Notes under the pieces: model-generated
Told to the model about the DNA's origin: nothing
Seen by the model: only the letters and a program-made list of their open reading frames with translations
Databases searched by the model: none
Program-made: the position numbers and the translations under genes
NCBI GenBank assembly: GCA_028279705.1
Contig: JANQNF010000046.1
Location: forward strand, 17,019 to 81,018
From: an archaeon
Lineage (GTDB): Archaea > Aenigmatarchaeota > Aenigmatarchaeia > QMZP01 > JAFGSV01
Length of the DNA: 64,000 bases
Direction: 5' to 3'
Shown here: one piece after another, positions 10,698 through 20,051 of the stretch
Layout of the letters: every line of letters begins with the position of its first letter
Position numbering within the stretch: the stretch's first letter is position 1

Positions 10698-11903
10698 GCT
10701 TTCACTTATCTCCTGATACTTTTCCGGGTATTCATTCTTGAAGAACTGCACAAACATGCTCATGTTATTTCGGAGTTCTTCCACTTCATACCTTAGGGAT
10801 CTCTCCTCACGCACCATTTTCATGCACGTTTGCTTGTCGAGGCCCATGCCACATTTGACGCATATTCTAGCGTCAATTCCGTTTATTTCCTGACATCTGG
10901 GACATCCCTTTGGTTTCAGTGCACTTTCTTTAGTTTCCTCTTTTTTACGCTTCCCGTGCGCTTCCAGAAATGCATCTGTAAGGTGTTCGCTGCTCAGATG
11001 GACGTACGTGTTGACCATCTTGCTGTCTCCAGACCATCCGAAATACATCCTGAGTTGCGGTTCCTTTAACTTACCTGCGAGTAACGTGGCCTGACTGTGC
11101 CTGAAATTGTGAGGGTTGACCTTCTTCACAATTCCGGACTTATCAGCGACTTTTCTCAGAATTTGGTTAATGATGTTGTAGCTTAGCGCTTTCTCATGGT
11201 TTGTCATTAGAGCGCAAAACACCTTCGCTTTTGGGTTCTTCCTTGCGGGGTGTTGCTCTATCCATCTTGTCAGGTATGGTATCGAGTTCATTATCGGGAT
11301 CTTTCTAAGGCCCGTCTTTCCGTTGAGTGTGACATGGGTTACATCACCGTTGGATTGGATGTCCTTTATCCTAAGGTTCATGAGTTCGCCTACTCTGCAT
11401 CCGGTGTCAAAGAGGAAAGCTATCATTGCTCTGTCTCTGAGGTTATTTGCGAATGACATCATCTTCACTACTTCCTCCTCTGTCAGCATGTCTTCGGAAC
11501 GCTTGTTGTTCCTGTTTGGAACCTTGGGTTTCATCCACTTAACGACCTCTGGAAAGTCCGGCCTCTCCGTTCCATATAGCCACGGGAAGAAGCAGTTCTT
11601 GATGATTATCTGGTATGTGTACTTAGTCCATTCCTTGTAGTCGTCGCGTTCCAAGAGTTTCCTCACATATCCTTGGATGTCTGCCTTGCACATCTCTTTG
11701 AATGGTTTCCCTACGTCATTGCTGAGTGGACTTAACGCGTCTATATACCTGTCTATTCGTCTTCTGCCTATTCCTGTCGCAACGGAATAGCTTACAAAAT
11801 CGATTAAGGTAAGCACGTTACCTTCGTGCTTCACTCTACTTTTTATCACATCTTCGTGTGATTTCATATTGTGAACACCTCCGTTTGTCCTTTTATTTAC
11901 CAC
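10686..11903 (-). CDS. Tyrosine integrase with C-terminal Zn ribbon (tRNA-targeting archaeal type)
   Basis: GCRVGE, GKTG, HNFRH, FGWS, TYVH catalytic set; CPRC...CVKC. Confidence 0.92.
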   Translation of the reverse strand: MVNKRTNGGVHNMKSHEDVIKSRVKHEGNVLTLIDFVSYSVATGIGRRRIDRYIDALSPLSNDVGKPFKEMCKADIQGYVRKLLERDDYKEWTKYTYQIIIKNCFFPWLYGTERPDFPEVVKWMKPKVPNRNNKRSEDMLTEEEVVKMMSFANNLRDRAMIAFLFDTGCRVGELMNLRIKDIQSNGDVTHVTLNGKTGLRKIPIMNSIPYLTRWIEQHPARKNPKAKVFCALMTNHEKALSYNIINQILRKVADKSGIVKKVNPHNFRHSQATLLAGKLKEPQLRMYFGWSGDSKMVNTYVHLSSEHLTDAFLEAHGKRKKEETKESALKPKGCPRCQEINGIDARICVKCGMGLDKQTCMKMVREERSLRYEVEELRNNMSMFVQFFKNEYPEKYQEISESLVK

Positions 11904-11929
11904 GGTAGGCGTTCACACTTCTTTCCTAG

Positions 11930-12012
11930 CGCCGAGGATGGGATTTGAACCCATAAGTCCAGAGGACACTAGATTTCCAGTCTAGCGCGTTACCAGATTC
12001 TGCCACCTCGGC
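11930..12012 (-). tRNA. tRNA-Ser(GGA)
   Basis: Acceptor stem GCCGAGG/CCTCGGC, anticodon arm CTAGA-CTGGAAA-TCTAG, long variable arm, GGTTCAAATCC T-arm, G73, no encoded CCA. Confidence 0.95.
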
Positions 12013-12050
12013 ATGTGAAAATAATTATAGCACGTTATTTTAATAGGTTA

Positions 12051-12593
12051 TTACTTCTTTTCGGTCGTCTTTTCGATGACTTCGACCTTCGAATCCATGC
12101 CGAAATGCCATTTCAGTATCTCGCATGCAAACGGTGCGAACTTCCCAGGACTTTCCATAACGAGCTTCTTCAATTCTTCCACGTGCACGAATTCTATTGC
12201 CGTGATCTCGTCTTTGCCAAACGATACCTTACCGTCATATTGCAGCTTGTATATGACGCTTACCATGTTATCGTTCACGTCGCCGTAGTTCATCCGTATC
12301 TTTGCTATCTTCTCCGGCCTGGGTTCGCTTATACCCATTTCATCTTCTGCTTCTCTTTTCATGGCCTCGTCAAAGGTCTCGCCAGATTCCACGTGGCCCG
12401 AGACGGATATGTCATACACGCCTGGGTACTTGTCCCGCTTGGAGTCCCTCACCTGCAGTATGAGCTCGTCCCTACTGTTGAACACCAGTATATGAACACC
12501 TCTGTGCCACGAAGTGCTGCTGTGTACATTCTTCCTCGTGTCCCTTCCTATCACGTTGTCATCCTTGTCCACCATGTCGATAAATTCAGCCAT
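12051..12593 (-). CDS. NUDIX hydrolase (IDI type 1/YfcD-like)
   Basis: WHRGVHILVFN, SGHVESGETFDEAMKREAEDEMG; start MAEFIDMVD at 12593. Confidence 0.85.
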   Translation of the reverse strand: MAEFIDMVDKDDNVIGRDTRKNVHSSTSWHRGVHILVFNSRDELILQVRDSKRDKYPGVYDISVSGHVESGETFDEAMKREAEDEMGISEPRPEKIAKIRMNYGDVNDNMVSVIYKLQYDGKVSFGKDEITAIEFVHVEELKKLVMESPGKFAPFACEILKWHFGMDSKVEVIEKTTEKK

Positions 12594-12642
12594 GTTTTGC
12601 ACTTGAATGTCGTAGAATAAAAACATAACGTAAACTGTGTGA

Positions 12643-12795
12643 TCAGTGCCCTTTCGTAGTCTGTGCAGCGCATCTCTTGCATAGGCCAAGGCTGTCGTCA
12701 AAGCAGCTGTGACAGACTATTGCGCCGCAGGCGTTGCACGTATAAGCAGGCTTTGCAATTCCCCCGCATCCAGAACAAATGCCGGGAACCTCCAT
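12643..12795 (-). CDS. Small Cys-rich zinc-finger protein, 50 aa (missing from the ORF track)
   Basis: MEVPGICSGCGGIAKPAYTCNACGAIVCHSCFDDSLGLCKRCAAQTTKGH; four CxxC; abuts the antiporter stop. Confidence 0.8.
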   Translation of the reverse strand: MEVPGICSGCGGIAKPAYTCNACGAIVCHSCFDDSLGLCKRCAAQTTKGH

Positions 12796-12796
12796 A

Positions 12797-14149
12797 TCAG
12801 TCCCCTTCTTTTTCATCGTAGTCGAGCATCAGCGAGACATCCTCTTCCTTCTTAACCGTCACTTCTGGTGTCTCTTCTTCCTTCTCAACCTTCTTTGCCT
12901 TCTTCCTGACTTCCTTGAACCTATCCATGCTTCCTATCGCGCCGACCACTGTACTGAATAGTACTGAAAGCAGTATCACCATGAACACGATGTTTACCAT
13001 CTGCCCGGCAAGAACGGGCTGCCCTGCAGCTATCACAGTCGCCGCAACTATCGGTATCATTGCAGCCGATGAAAGTCCCCTTGGAGCTATGAAGCTCATG
13101 ATCAGCATCTCCTTTCGTGTGAACTTCTCGCGCAGCTCTCCCATGAGCGATATGATCATTATCGGCCTTATCGCAACCACCATCACGAAGAACAGAAGTA
13201 TGTATGCAAGTTCCCCAAGCCCTATTAGAAGCGTCACCTGCGCACCAAGCAGCGTGAAGACGGATATCCTAAGCATCTCGGAGAACTGGTCCTGGAAGTG
13301 TAGTATCTCTTCCCTGTCATCCCTTCCGCGCAGAGTGAAGTTGCCTGCAACGAGGCCACAGATTGCAACGGCAAGCATGCCGCTACCACCAACTCCCGTT
13401 GCAAGCGCATACGTTATGAGCGCTATTGCAAAGAGCAGAAGTGAAGTGTACTCCTTCATTATGCCCTTGAAAAGCCTTGATGCAGCAAGGCCCACTATGA
13501 GTCCCGTGCCGACACCGACAGTTATCATCATCCAGAACTGGGAAAGATACCTCATCGGCTCGATGAGCGCCCCGGGTGTGATGTTCACAAGATCAAGGAA
13601 TATCAGCGGTACCAGCACAGATATGGGGGAATTGAATATGGATTCCACTTTCAGTATGGTAAGCGCGTTCTTCGCCTTTGAAAGCGCCTTCTCGAATGCA
13701 AAAACGACACCGCTTCCGGTGCCGCTTATCACGGCTCCAAGAAGCATCGCAAACACAATATCCATCTGGAAGAAGAAGCTTGCAACGAGTCCTAGTACGA
13801 CCGTATTGAACAGTACACCGACAAATGCGAGCTTAAGCGATATGTTGGAATACTTCTTGAAAACACCGAAGTTCAGGTTGAAAGTCCCTATGAATATGAC
13901 AAGTATCAGTGCAAGCGTCCTGAAGAAATCAGGTATCATTCCCATCGATTCTACGTCCACAAGCTCTATCGACACGTACTGCGTTATCGCAGGATTTGCA
14001 AACACGGTAGGCCCAAACAGCAGACCGAGCAGCAGCAAAAAGAACGTGTCAGGGATGTTTCTTTTCTTTAGGATGTTTGCAACAAGGACGCCGAAACCAA
14101 GCAGTATGGCAAAGTACATAACCGAAAGTGAAACAGCATCCAGAGCCAT
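12797..14149 (-). CDS. Cation:proton antiporter (CPA1/NhaP-like)
   Basis: About 13 TM; ESIFNS, IRP and APRGLSSAA motifs. Confidence 0.85.
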   Translation of the reverse strand: MALDAVSLSVMYFAILLGFGVLVANILKKRNIPDTFFLLLLGLLFGPTVFANPAITQYVSIELVDVESMGMIPDFFRTLALILVIFIGTFNLNFGVFKKYSNISLKLAFVGVLFNTVVLGLVASFFFQMDIVFAMLLGAVISGTGSGVVFAFEKALSKAKNALTILKVESIFNSPISVLVPLIFLDLVNITPGALIEPMRYLSQFWMMITVGVGTGLIVGLAASRLFKGIMKEYTSLLLFAIALITYALATGVGGSGMLAVAICGLVAGNFTLRGRDDREEILHFQDQFSEMLRISVFTLLGAQVTLLIGLGELAYILLFFVMVVAIRPIMIISLMGELREKFTRKEMLIMSFIAPRGLSSAAMIPIVAATVIAAGQPVLAGQMVNIVFMVILLSVLFSTVVGAIGSMDRFKEVRKKAKKVEKEEETPEVTVKKEEDVSLMLDYDEKEGD

Positions 14150-14180
14150 AACTATTTTTTACTGACCGTATATTAATGTG

Positions 14181-14654
14181 TTAGGGAAGCTTTATCCCGG
14201 AAAGAAGGTTCACGTACTTTTCAAGGCGCTTTATGTCCTTCTCAAGAATGTCAAGCGTCTTCAGAAGATAATCTCTTTCTACACCCTTGAGTTTTGATAC
14301 TTCCTTTCTCCTGTTGTCAAGGTCTGCAAGGGAACTCTCCACGCCGTTCTTCACCCTCATGGTTATGGCCTTCTTAAGTATTGTAAGAAGATCACCGTCA
14401 AGCTGGATGTAAAGCTTCCTGTCGCTTGCCTTCTTCGTCTTCTTTATGACACCAAGCACTTCAAGAAGGTCAAGGCTTAGCGATATCATGCCCGTTGAAT
14501 AGTTGGTCCTCTTGGCAACTTCCTGAAGCGATACCGGCTCTTCCTCTGCAAGCAGCGCTCCTATTATCTTCCCGTGTATGGGGGAATACCCAAGCATTCC
14601 CGCAAGTTCTGAGAATATGGAGAATACCCCGTCCCCGACGTCTTTTTCGCTCAT
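14181..14654 (-). CDS. GbsR/MarR-like regulator
   Basis: GYSPIHGKIIGALL...SLQEVAKRT...ISLSL...RKLY; start MSEKD. Confidence 0.8.
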   Translation of the reverse strand: MSEKDVGDGVFSIFSELAGMLGYSPIHGKIIGALLAEEEPVSLQEVAKRTNYSTGMISLSLDLLEVLGVIKKTKKASDRKLYIQLDGDLLTILKKAITMRVKNGVESSLADLDNRRKEVSKLKGVERDYLLKTLDILEKDIKRLEKYVNLLSGIKLP

Positions 14655-14734
14655 GATGCACCAATTATTTATATATGTTAGAATAATTCTAATTATATAT
14701 TTAAAACTTTTAAAATCTATTAAAAGTTGATAGC

Positions 14735-16324
14735 ATGGCAGCAAAGAAAAAGCACATAACCGACACGGGATCCATATGCCCCGAATGTCTCGCCATACTC
14801 AAGGCAGAGATATTCGAGCGCGATGGTAAGGTCTGGATAAGCAAGACATGCAAGAAGCACGGCACTACCGAGGAGCTCTACTGGGGTTCTGCTGAAATGT
14901 ACAACAAGGCCAAGAAGTTTGCGCATGACGGCAAAGGCATCGAAAACCCAAGCGTCGGCAAGAAGAACCCGGTCTGCCCAAAAGACTGTGGTCTCTGCAA
15001 CATGCACAAATCCCACACAGCGCTTGCAAACGTCGTGCTCACAAACCGCTGCGACCTCAGCTGCTGGTACTGCTTCTTCTATGCAAAGAGGATGGGCTAC
15101 GTCTACGAGCCGACGAAAAAGGAAATTGACGAGATGGTAAGGACGCTTGTAAACGAGAAACCCGTAGCATGTAACGCCGTGCAACTTACCGGAGGCGAGC
15201 CTACGCTAAGGGAAGATCTCATCGACATAATCAACATATGCAAAAAGCACAACCTCGACCACGTCCAGCTAAACACCAACGGCCTGAAGCTTTCAAAGGA
15301 CCTGGCACTCATGAAAAAGGTCAGGGAGGCGGGAGTAAACACGCTTTACCTCAGCTTCGACGGCGTTACCCCAAAGACCAACCCGAAGAACCACTGGGAA
15401 ATACCCGGGGTACTCGACAACTGCAGGAAGGCAGGTGAAATGGGTGCAGTGCTTGTTCCCACTATCATTAAGGGCGTAAACGACCACGAGATAGGCGACA
15501 TGATCAGGTTCGGTTTCGACAACAACGACGTAGCAAGGGGTGTCAACTTCCAGCCGGTATCACTCGTAGGAAAGATAACAAATGCTGACAGGAAGAAGAT
15601 GAGGATAACCATACCAGACGTCATAGCCAGGATGGAAGAGCAGACAGACGGTCAGGTAGGAAAGGAAGACTTCTACCCGGTCCCGACTCCGTGGCCGTTT
15701 ACAAGGTTCGTCGAGGCAATGACAGGAAAGCCAAAATACGAGCTTTCAAGCCACTTTGCATGCGGCATGGCAACTTACGTCTTCAACGTCGACAACAAGA
15801 TGATACCAATAACCAGGTTCGTTGACGTAGAAGGTGTCATGGAATACCTAAACGAGCGTGCTGAGAACCTGGAAAAGGGCGGTAACAAGTACGTGACCAG
15901 CCTCAAGCTGCTGTTCAAGCTGGGATCATTCATAGACAAGGAAAAGGCCCCGAAAGGATTCAGCATAAAAAAGATACTCTTCAACTCCCTGATGAAGCAC
16001 AACTACAGGGCGCTTGGTGACCTTCACCACAAGTCCCTGTTCGTTGGCATAATGCACTTCCAGGACCTCTACAACTACGACATAGAGCGTGTCAAGAGGT
16101 GTACGATACACTACGCGATGTCTGATGGCAGGATTGTCCCGTTCTGCGCTTTCAACGTCATACCGGAATGGTACAGGGACAAGGACATGGAATCCCAGGG
16201 ACTTTCGTTTGATGGCTGGGAAAAGAAGACGAAAATGAAGCTCAAGGACGACATGTACAAGAGGGATGTGAAAGCACTAGAAAGCTCAGAACTCTACAAG
16301 AAGACTTACAAGAGCTTCATCTAG
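14735..16324 (+). CDS. tes: Tetraether lipid synthase (Tes/GDGT-MAS, MJ0619 family radical SAM)
   Basis: N-terminal CPEC...CKKHG, CPKDCGLC..H, CDLSCWYC, HFACG, HFQDLYNYDIERVKRCTIHY...PFCAFN. Confidence 0.88.
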   Translation: MAAKKKHITDTGSICPECLAILKAEIFERDGKVWISKTCKKHGTTEELYWGSAEMYNKAKKFAHDGKGIENPSVGKKNPVCPKDCGLCNMHKSHTALANVVLTNRCDLSCWYCFFYAKRMGYVYEPTKKEIDEMVRTLVNEKPVACNAVQLTGGEPTLREDLIDIINICKKHNLDHVQLNTNGLKLSKDLALMKKVREAGVNTLYLSFDGVTPKTNPKNHWEIPGVLDNCRKAGEMGAVLVPTIIKGVNDHEIGDMIRFGFDNNDVARGVNFQPVSLVGKITNADRKKMRITIPDVIARMEEQTDGQVGKEDFYPVPTPWPFTRFVEAMTGKPKYELSSHFACGMATYVFNVDNKMIPITRFVDVEGVMEYLNERAENLEKGGNKYVTSLKLLFKLGSFIDKEKAPKGFSIKKILFNSLMKHNYRALGDLHHKSLFVGIMHFQDLYNYDIERVKRCTIHYAMSDGRIVPFCAFNVIPEWYRDKDMESQGLSFDGWEKKTKMKLKDDMYKRDVKALESSELYKKTYKSFI

Positions 16325-16734
16325 AACACTTTCTTTCCACACGAAACGCAGTCATCCCTGTGGACGCACACTACGCCGCCGCAGTTCCTGCACTTCCATC
16401 TCGACTTTTCCTTCCTGACAAATTCCCTTATTCCGAGCTTCCTGATATTCTCAAGATTCTCAATCATGCCCATATGGTACTTGTCGCGGTAGCGCTTGTC
16501 GAGGTTCTTTATCCTTGCGCATGGGAATTTCTCACAGAATGAGCAGAATTTCTTTCTTTTACCCTTGAGCATCTCGCACCCTTTTATCGCGCATTTCCTG
16601 CAGTAGTTTGGCTTTCCAGCATCCATGCCATTGCATCCGACACATTTGTTCTTGTCTCTTTGGTATGAGATGCACAATGCACAGTTCATGCCACATGGTG
16701 CAATAAGAACAGACTTTATGGTGACACCTTTCAT
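16321..16734 (-). CDS. DUF3795-like Cys-rich protein
   Basis: APCGMNCALC, CVGC, CAIKGC, FCSFCEKFPC. Confidence 0.75.
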   Translation of the reverse strand: MKGVTIKSVLIAPCGMNCALCISYQRDKNKCVGCNGMDAGKPNYCRKCAIKGCEMLKGKRKKFCSFCEKFPCARIKNLDKRYRDKYHMGMIENLENIRKLGIREFVRKEKSRWKCRNCGGVVCVHRDDCVSCGKKVF

Positions 16735-16771
16735 ATTCTGTTATTTGTCAGCGGATGTTCTAAAAAGAGAC

Positions 16772-16975
16772 TCACTTTACCCACAGGCAGTACTTGCCCT
16801 TCTTCGTTATCTGTAGGTGCTGTGCAACTTCTGAGCCATTTGGATCGTTTATGAATGCCACGCCCTTCCAGGAGTGTGAGAAGTTTTTCTCGCTGCACTG
16901 TGGGCACTGGTCGCCTTCAACAAAAAGCTTGCAGTTCCTGCACACCTTTGCTCTCTGGTCCTTCATGATTGACAC
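16772..16975 (-). CDS. spt4: Transcription elongation factor Spt4 (RpoE2)
   Basis: CRNC...CPQC...WKG...SEVA...GKY; follows rpoE1. Confidence 0.92.
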   Translation of the reverse strand: MSIMKDQRAKVCRNCKLFVEGDQCPQCSEKNFSHSWKGVAFINDPNGSEVAQHLQITKKGKYCLWVK

Positions 16976-17545
16976 CTAGCCCTCAGCCTTTGCAGCTTTC
17001 TTTTTTTGCCTTGCCTTGTTTTCCTTCAGCCAGTCAAGAGTCCCAAGGTTTGGCTGCCTTGCAGTAAGTCCTATCTTGTAGTCGCTTCCTGCAACTGAAA
17101 CTGAAATTATCCTCGCTCGCACGACATCGCCTTCCTTCATCCTCTGCTTGCTTTCCTTGCCCATGAAGATCGCGTTCTTCCTGTCGAAGTTCACAAAGTC
17201 GTCCATAAGCTGGCTTACGTGCACCATGCCGTCAACAGGTCCAAGTCTTAGGAAAACACCGAATTCGGTCACGTCTATTATCTCACCTTCAACGATCTCG
17301 TGCTGGTTCGGCTTGTATACAAGGACTTCAAATTCCACAGGGTAGTGGATAGAGCCGTCGCCTGCATATATCCTGCCCTCGCCGGTGTTCTTCACGTTTG
17401 TGACAACCAAAACGACGCCAAGCCTCTTGTCTATGACACCGTCCCACCTGTCCATGAGGCTCTGCTTTACTGCTTCCTCGAGTCCCAGTTCGAACTTTGA
17501 AGGCTGGACCTTTATTTCATCTTCAACTTGGATTATCTTGTACAT
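16976..17545 (-). CDS. rpoE1: RNA polymerase subunit Rpo7 (E')
   Basis: GDGSIHY, S1 domain FGVFLRLGPVDGMVHVSQLMDD, KIGLTARQPNLG. Confidence 0.95.
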   Translation of the reverse strand: MYKIIQVEDEIKVQPSKFELGLEEAVKQSLMDRWDGVIDKRLGVVLVVTNVKNTGEGRIYAGDGSIHYPVEFEVLVYKPNQHEIVEGEIIDVTEFGVFLRLGPVDGMVHVSQLMDDFVNFDRKNAIFMGKESKQRMKEGDVVRARIISVSVAGSDYKIGLTARQPNLGTLDWLKENKARQKKKAAKAEG

Positions 17546-17748
17546 AACCTAAACACCAATCACTTACAATGTTTATTGCATTAATTATATAAGTAATTAC
17601 CTGTTCAATGGAATAACTATATGGAAGCATGCAAATAAAAATATATGCCTCCATTCCATTCTCCACTGAACATGATGCACAGTTAATGATTTAACTGTGG
17701 AAGTCAATAATATAACGGAATTACCGTCATTCCACTATAGGTGTTTTA
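17546..17748. promoter_or_regulatory. AT-rich divergent promoter region, possible replication origin; palindrome CACAGTTAA-TGAT-TTAACTGTG at 17678-17699
   Basis: Directly upstream of cdc6/orc1; several TCCA/TGGAA motifs; no clear canonical ORB. Confidence 0.3.
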
Positions 17749-18798
17749 ATGTCGTACCCGGAGATGAGTATAATACGGGACATACGCGTCCTGACCGAGA
17801 AATTCATACCAAACAGGATACTCCACAGGACAGGCCAGCTTGAAGCAATAAGAGACGACATAAAGCCTCTTCTTGAGGGCAGCGTCCCGCGCCACGTATT
17901 CATACACGGAAATCCTGGCACGGGAAAGACGTGCATGGCAAGGTATGTCGCAGGGGAGCTTGAATCATACAGTTCCGACATAGTCCAAAGCTACACAAAC
18001 TGCTGGGAGAACCCAAGCAGGTTCAGGATACTCTACAACATTGCAAAGGACGTTAGCAGCGCACCGATAATACACAGGAAAGGCACGCCCACAGACGAAA
18101 TACTCGAGATGATAAAAAGAAGCCTCGAAGGCAAGCACTGCGTCGTCATACTCGACGAAGTTGACAAGATAGAGGACGACCGCGTCCTCTATGATCTCAT
18201 AACGCTGCAGAACGTTTGCATGCTCATGATAGCCAATTCCTCAACTGCCCTCTACAACGTCGACTCGAGGATACGAAGCAGGCTGGCATCTTCGGACAAC
18301 ATAGAATTCCGTCCATATAGCAGCAGTGAAATAATCGACATATTAAGCGACAGGTCAGAATGGGGGCTCATACCAGGGGTCATAACTGGACAGCAGATAG
18401 AAATGATTGCCGCAAGCGTGTCTGGAGATTGCCGTGCTGCAATAGATATCATGAGGGTTGTTTCAGAAGAGGCTGAACGAAGCGAACATGAAAAGATAAC
18501 AGACGACATGATAGAAAGATCTCTCCCAAGGATCGAGATGTTCAAAAAGGAATTGAGCATGGGAGCACTCAATCCCCACCAGAAGCTCATAATGGAGATA
18601 GTCACCGGCGCAGGCGGTACGATAGATTCAGGAGAACTCTTCAGGAAACTTTCGGAACTTTCCGCTAGCAAAGGCATGGAAAGCATAGTGGACAGGACGT
18701 TTCGAAACTACACTAACAAGCTCGTCAAGTACTCCTTTTTGAATTCTTCCGGTGACGGCCGCTGGAGGACTTTCGCCCTTCCAAAAAAGCAGTTCTAG
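17749..18798 (+). CDS. cdc6: Cdc6/Orc1 replication initiator
   Basis: GNPGTGKT, ILDEVD, RIRSRL, FRPYS, GDCRAAID, C-terminal wHTH. Confidence 0.9.
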   Translation: MSYPEMSIIRDIRVLTEKFIPNRILHRTGQLEAIRDDIKPLLEGSVPRHVFIHGNPGTGKTCMARYVAGELESYSSDIVQSYTNCWENPSRFRILYNIAKDVSSAPIIHRKGTPTDEILEMIKRSLEGKHCVVILDEVDKIEDDRVLYDLITLQNVCMLMIANSSTALYNVDSRIRSRLASSDNIEFRPYSSSEIIDILSDRSEWGLIPGVITGQQIEMIAASVSGDCRAAIDIMRVVSEEAERSEHEKITDDMIERSLPRIEMFKKELSMGALNPHQKLIMEIVTGAGGTIDSGELFRKLSELSASKGMESIVDRTFRNYTNKLVKYSFLNSSGDGRWRTFALPKKQF

Positions 18799-18886
18799 CG
18801 GAATAGCGGAAAGCTGCCCTTCCGTTTTCTTTATAACCGGTTTTTGAGAAGCACTTATTGTGAGCAAGACTCAAAATGGTGAAAAA

Positions 18887-19828
18887 ATGCAATATCCTGC
18901 AATTGCCCAAAGGTTCCTCCAAGGCGTCAATGACGGGAGGGGATACCTCGAAATATCCCCTTCCGAAGACTGCCGTCTGAGTGACTGCGTAAATGACGCA
19001 AGATCGCTTGAAATCGAGCTGAAATCAAGAGGTTTCAGCAAAAAGACTGTGAAGTCCTACCTTTACTATAACGCAGACTTTCTCAGGTTCGTTGGAAAGA
19101 GCGCAGGTGAGGCTACGGAAGAGGACGTCAAGAACTACATGGCATTCCTCATCGAGAACAGGAGCGCGTCGACTGCAAGCCTCGCCCTCGCAGCGATACG
19201 GTTTTTTTCAAAAAGAGTGCTGATGAAGGACTTTGAGCATATAAATAACCCAAAACGCGAGACTAAGCTTCCAGACATACTCACAAGGGACGAGGTCAGA
19301 AAGATGATAGAAATGACATCAAACATCAAGCACAAGATACTCCTTGAACTTCTTTACGGGTGTGGATTGAGGGTTTCTGAGGTAGTAAACCTCAGAATCA
19401 CTGACGTTAGCGTGCACGAACGTGTCATACACGTTCGTAATGGTAAAGGCGGGAAAGACAGGATGGTGCCGCTTCCAAGACTTACTGCACAGAAGCTTGA
19501 ATTCTTCATGAAAGTAAGGGACGAGAACAATCCCTATCTCATACCATCCGCAAGGGGAGGTAAGATAACCACAAAGACCGTCTATCTCGTGGTAAAACAA
19601 TCTGCTGAGAGAGCCAGGGTAAGAAAGAACGTCCACCCGCACACGCTGAGGCATTCGTTCGCTACACACCTTCTCGAAAACGGACATGACATCAGGGTCA
19701 TTCAAAAGCTTCTTGGTCACGCTGACATAAAGACGACCCAGATATACACTCACATCTCAAGAGATTTCCTAAGGAATGTCACAAGCCCGCTTGACAGCAC
19801 GTTGTACGAAGGGGGCGCTTTGAGATGA
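18887..19828 (+). CDS. Xer-family tyrosine recombinase (SAM-like N-domain) without the IntI insertion
   Basis: GLRVSE, GKGGKDR, HTLRHSFATHLLE, LLGH, TTQIYTH; GGTGA RBS before ATG 18887. Confidence 0.92.
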   Translation: MQYPAIAQRFLQGVNDGRGYLEISPSEDCRLSDCVNDARSLEIELKSRGFSKKTVKSYLYYNADFLRFVGKSAGEATEEDVKNYMAFLIENRSASTASLALAAIRFFSKRVLMKDFEHINNPKRETKLPDILTRDEVRKMIEMTSNIKHKILLELLYGCGLRVSEVVNLRITDVSVHERVIHVRNGKGGKDRMVPLPRLTAQKLEFFMKVRDENNPYLIPSARGGKITTKTVYLVVKQSAERARVRKNVHPHTLRHSFATHLLENGHDIRVIQKLLGHADIKTTQIYTHISRDFLRNVTSPLDSTLYEGGALR

Positions 19829-19959
19829 TATCTTTATTTTCAAGACTAGCTGAGAGGGTAAAGTACGGTGAATACTCAAAAACACCCGAATTCGCCATAT
19901 CAAGAAGCTACCGGAAATGGGACAATATGCTCAGAAACCTGAATGCACTTCCACAAGAA

Positions 19960-20005
19960 GCGCATTAACGGAATTTTACTTCCGATAACGCATGTTATAT
20001 TCAAT
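19960..20005. repeat. Site A: dif-like 28-mer ACTTCCGATAA-CGCATG-TTATATTCAAT (19978-20005), candidate primary (attI-like) site
   Basis: 11-6-11 architecture; short hairpin TTAACGGAA/TTCCGATAA; lacks the left TAAC arm. Confidence 0.65.
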
Positions 20006-20051
20006 CGAGAAAAGGCAAACCTTAAATTTGGTGAAAACCAATTATTGATTA

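Larger units (their letters stand above)
1..11929. mobile_element. Integrated element (partial, continues beyond the left edge) inserted at the 3' end of tRNA-Ser(GGA)
   Basis: Tyrosine integrase starts about 26 bp from the tRNA 3' end; visibly AT-richer than the core genes; carries RHH, putative Rep and defence-like cargo; second att copy not seen in the window. Confidence 0.8.

Noticed and set aside
12915..14165. Long + strand ORF (also 33743-34570, 46800-47495, 62145-62828 and similar)
   Set aside because: Antisense shadows of well-supported genes.
17678..17699. Palindrome as a dif site
   Set aside because: Spacer between the TTAA motifs is 4 bp rather than 6.
18887..19828. Calling the recombinase intI or xerA
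   Set aside because: The IntI insertion is absent, and XerA orthology cannot be shown without a tree.
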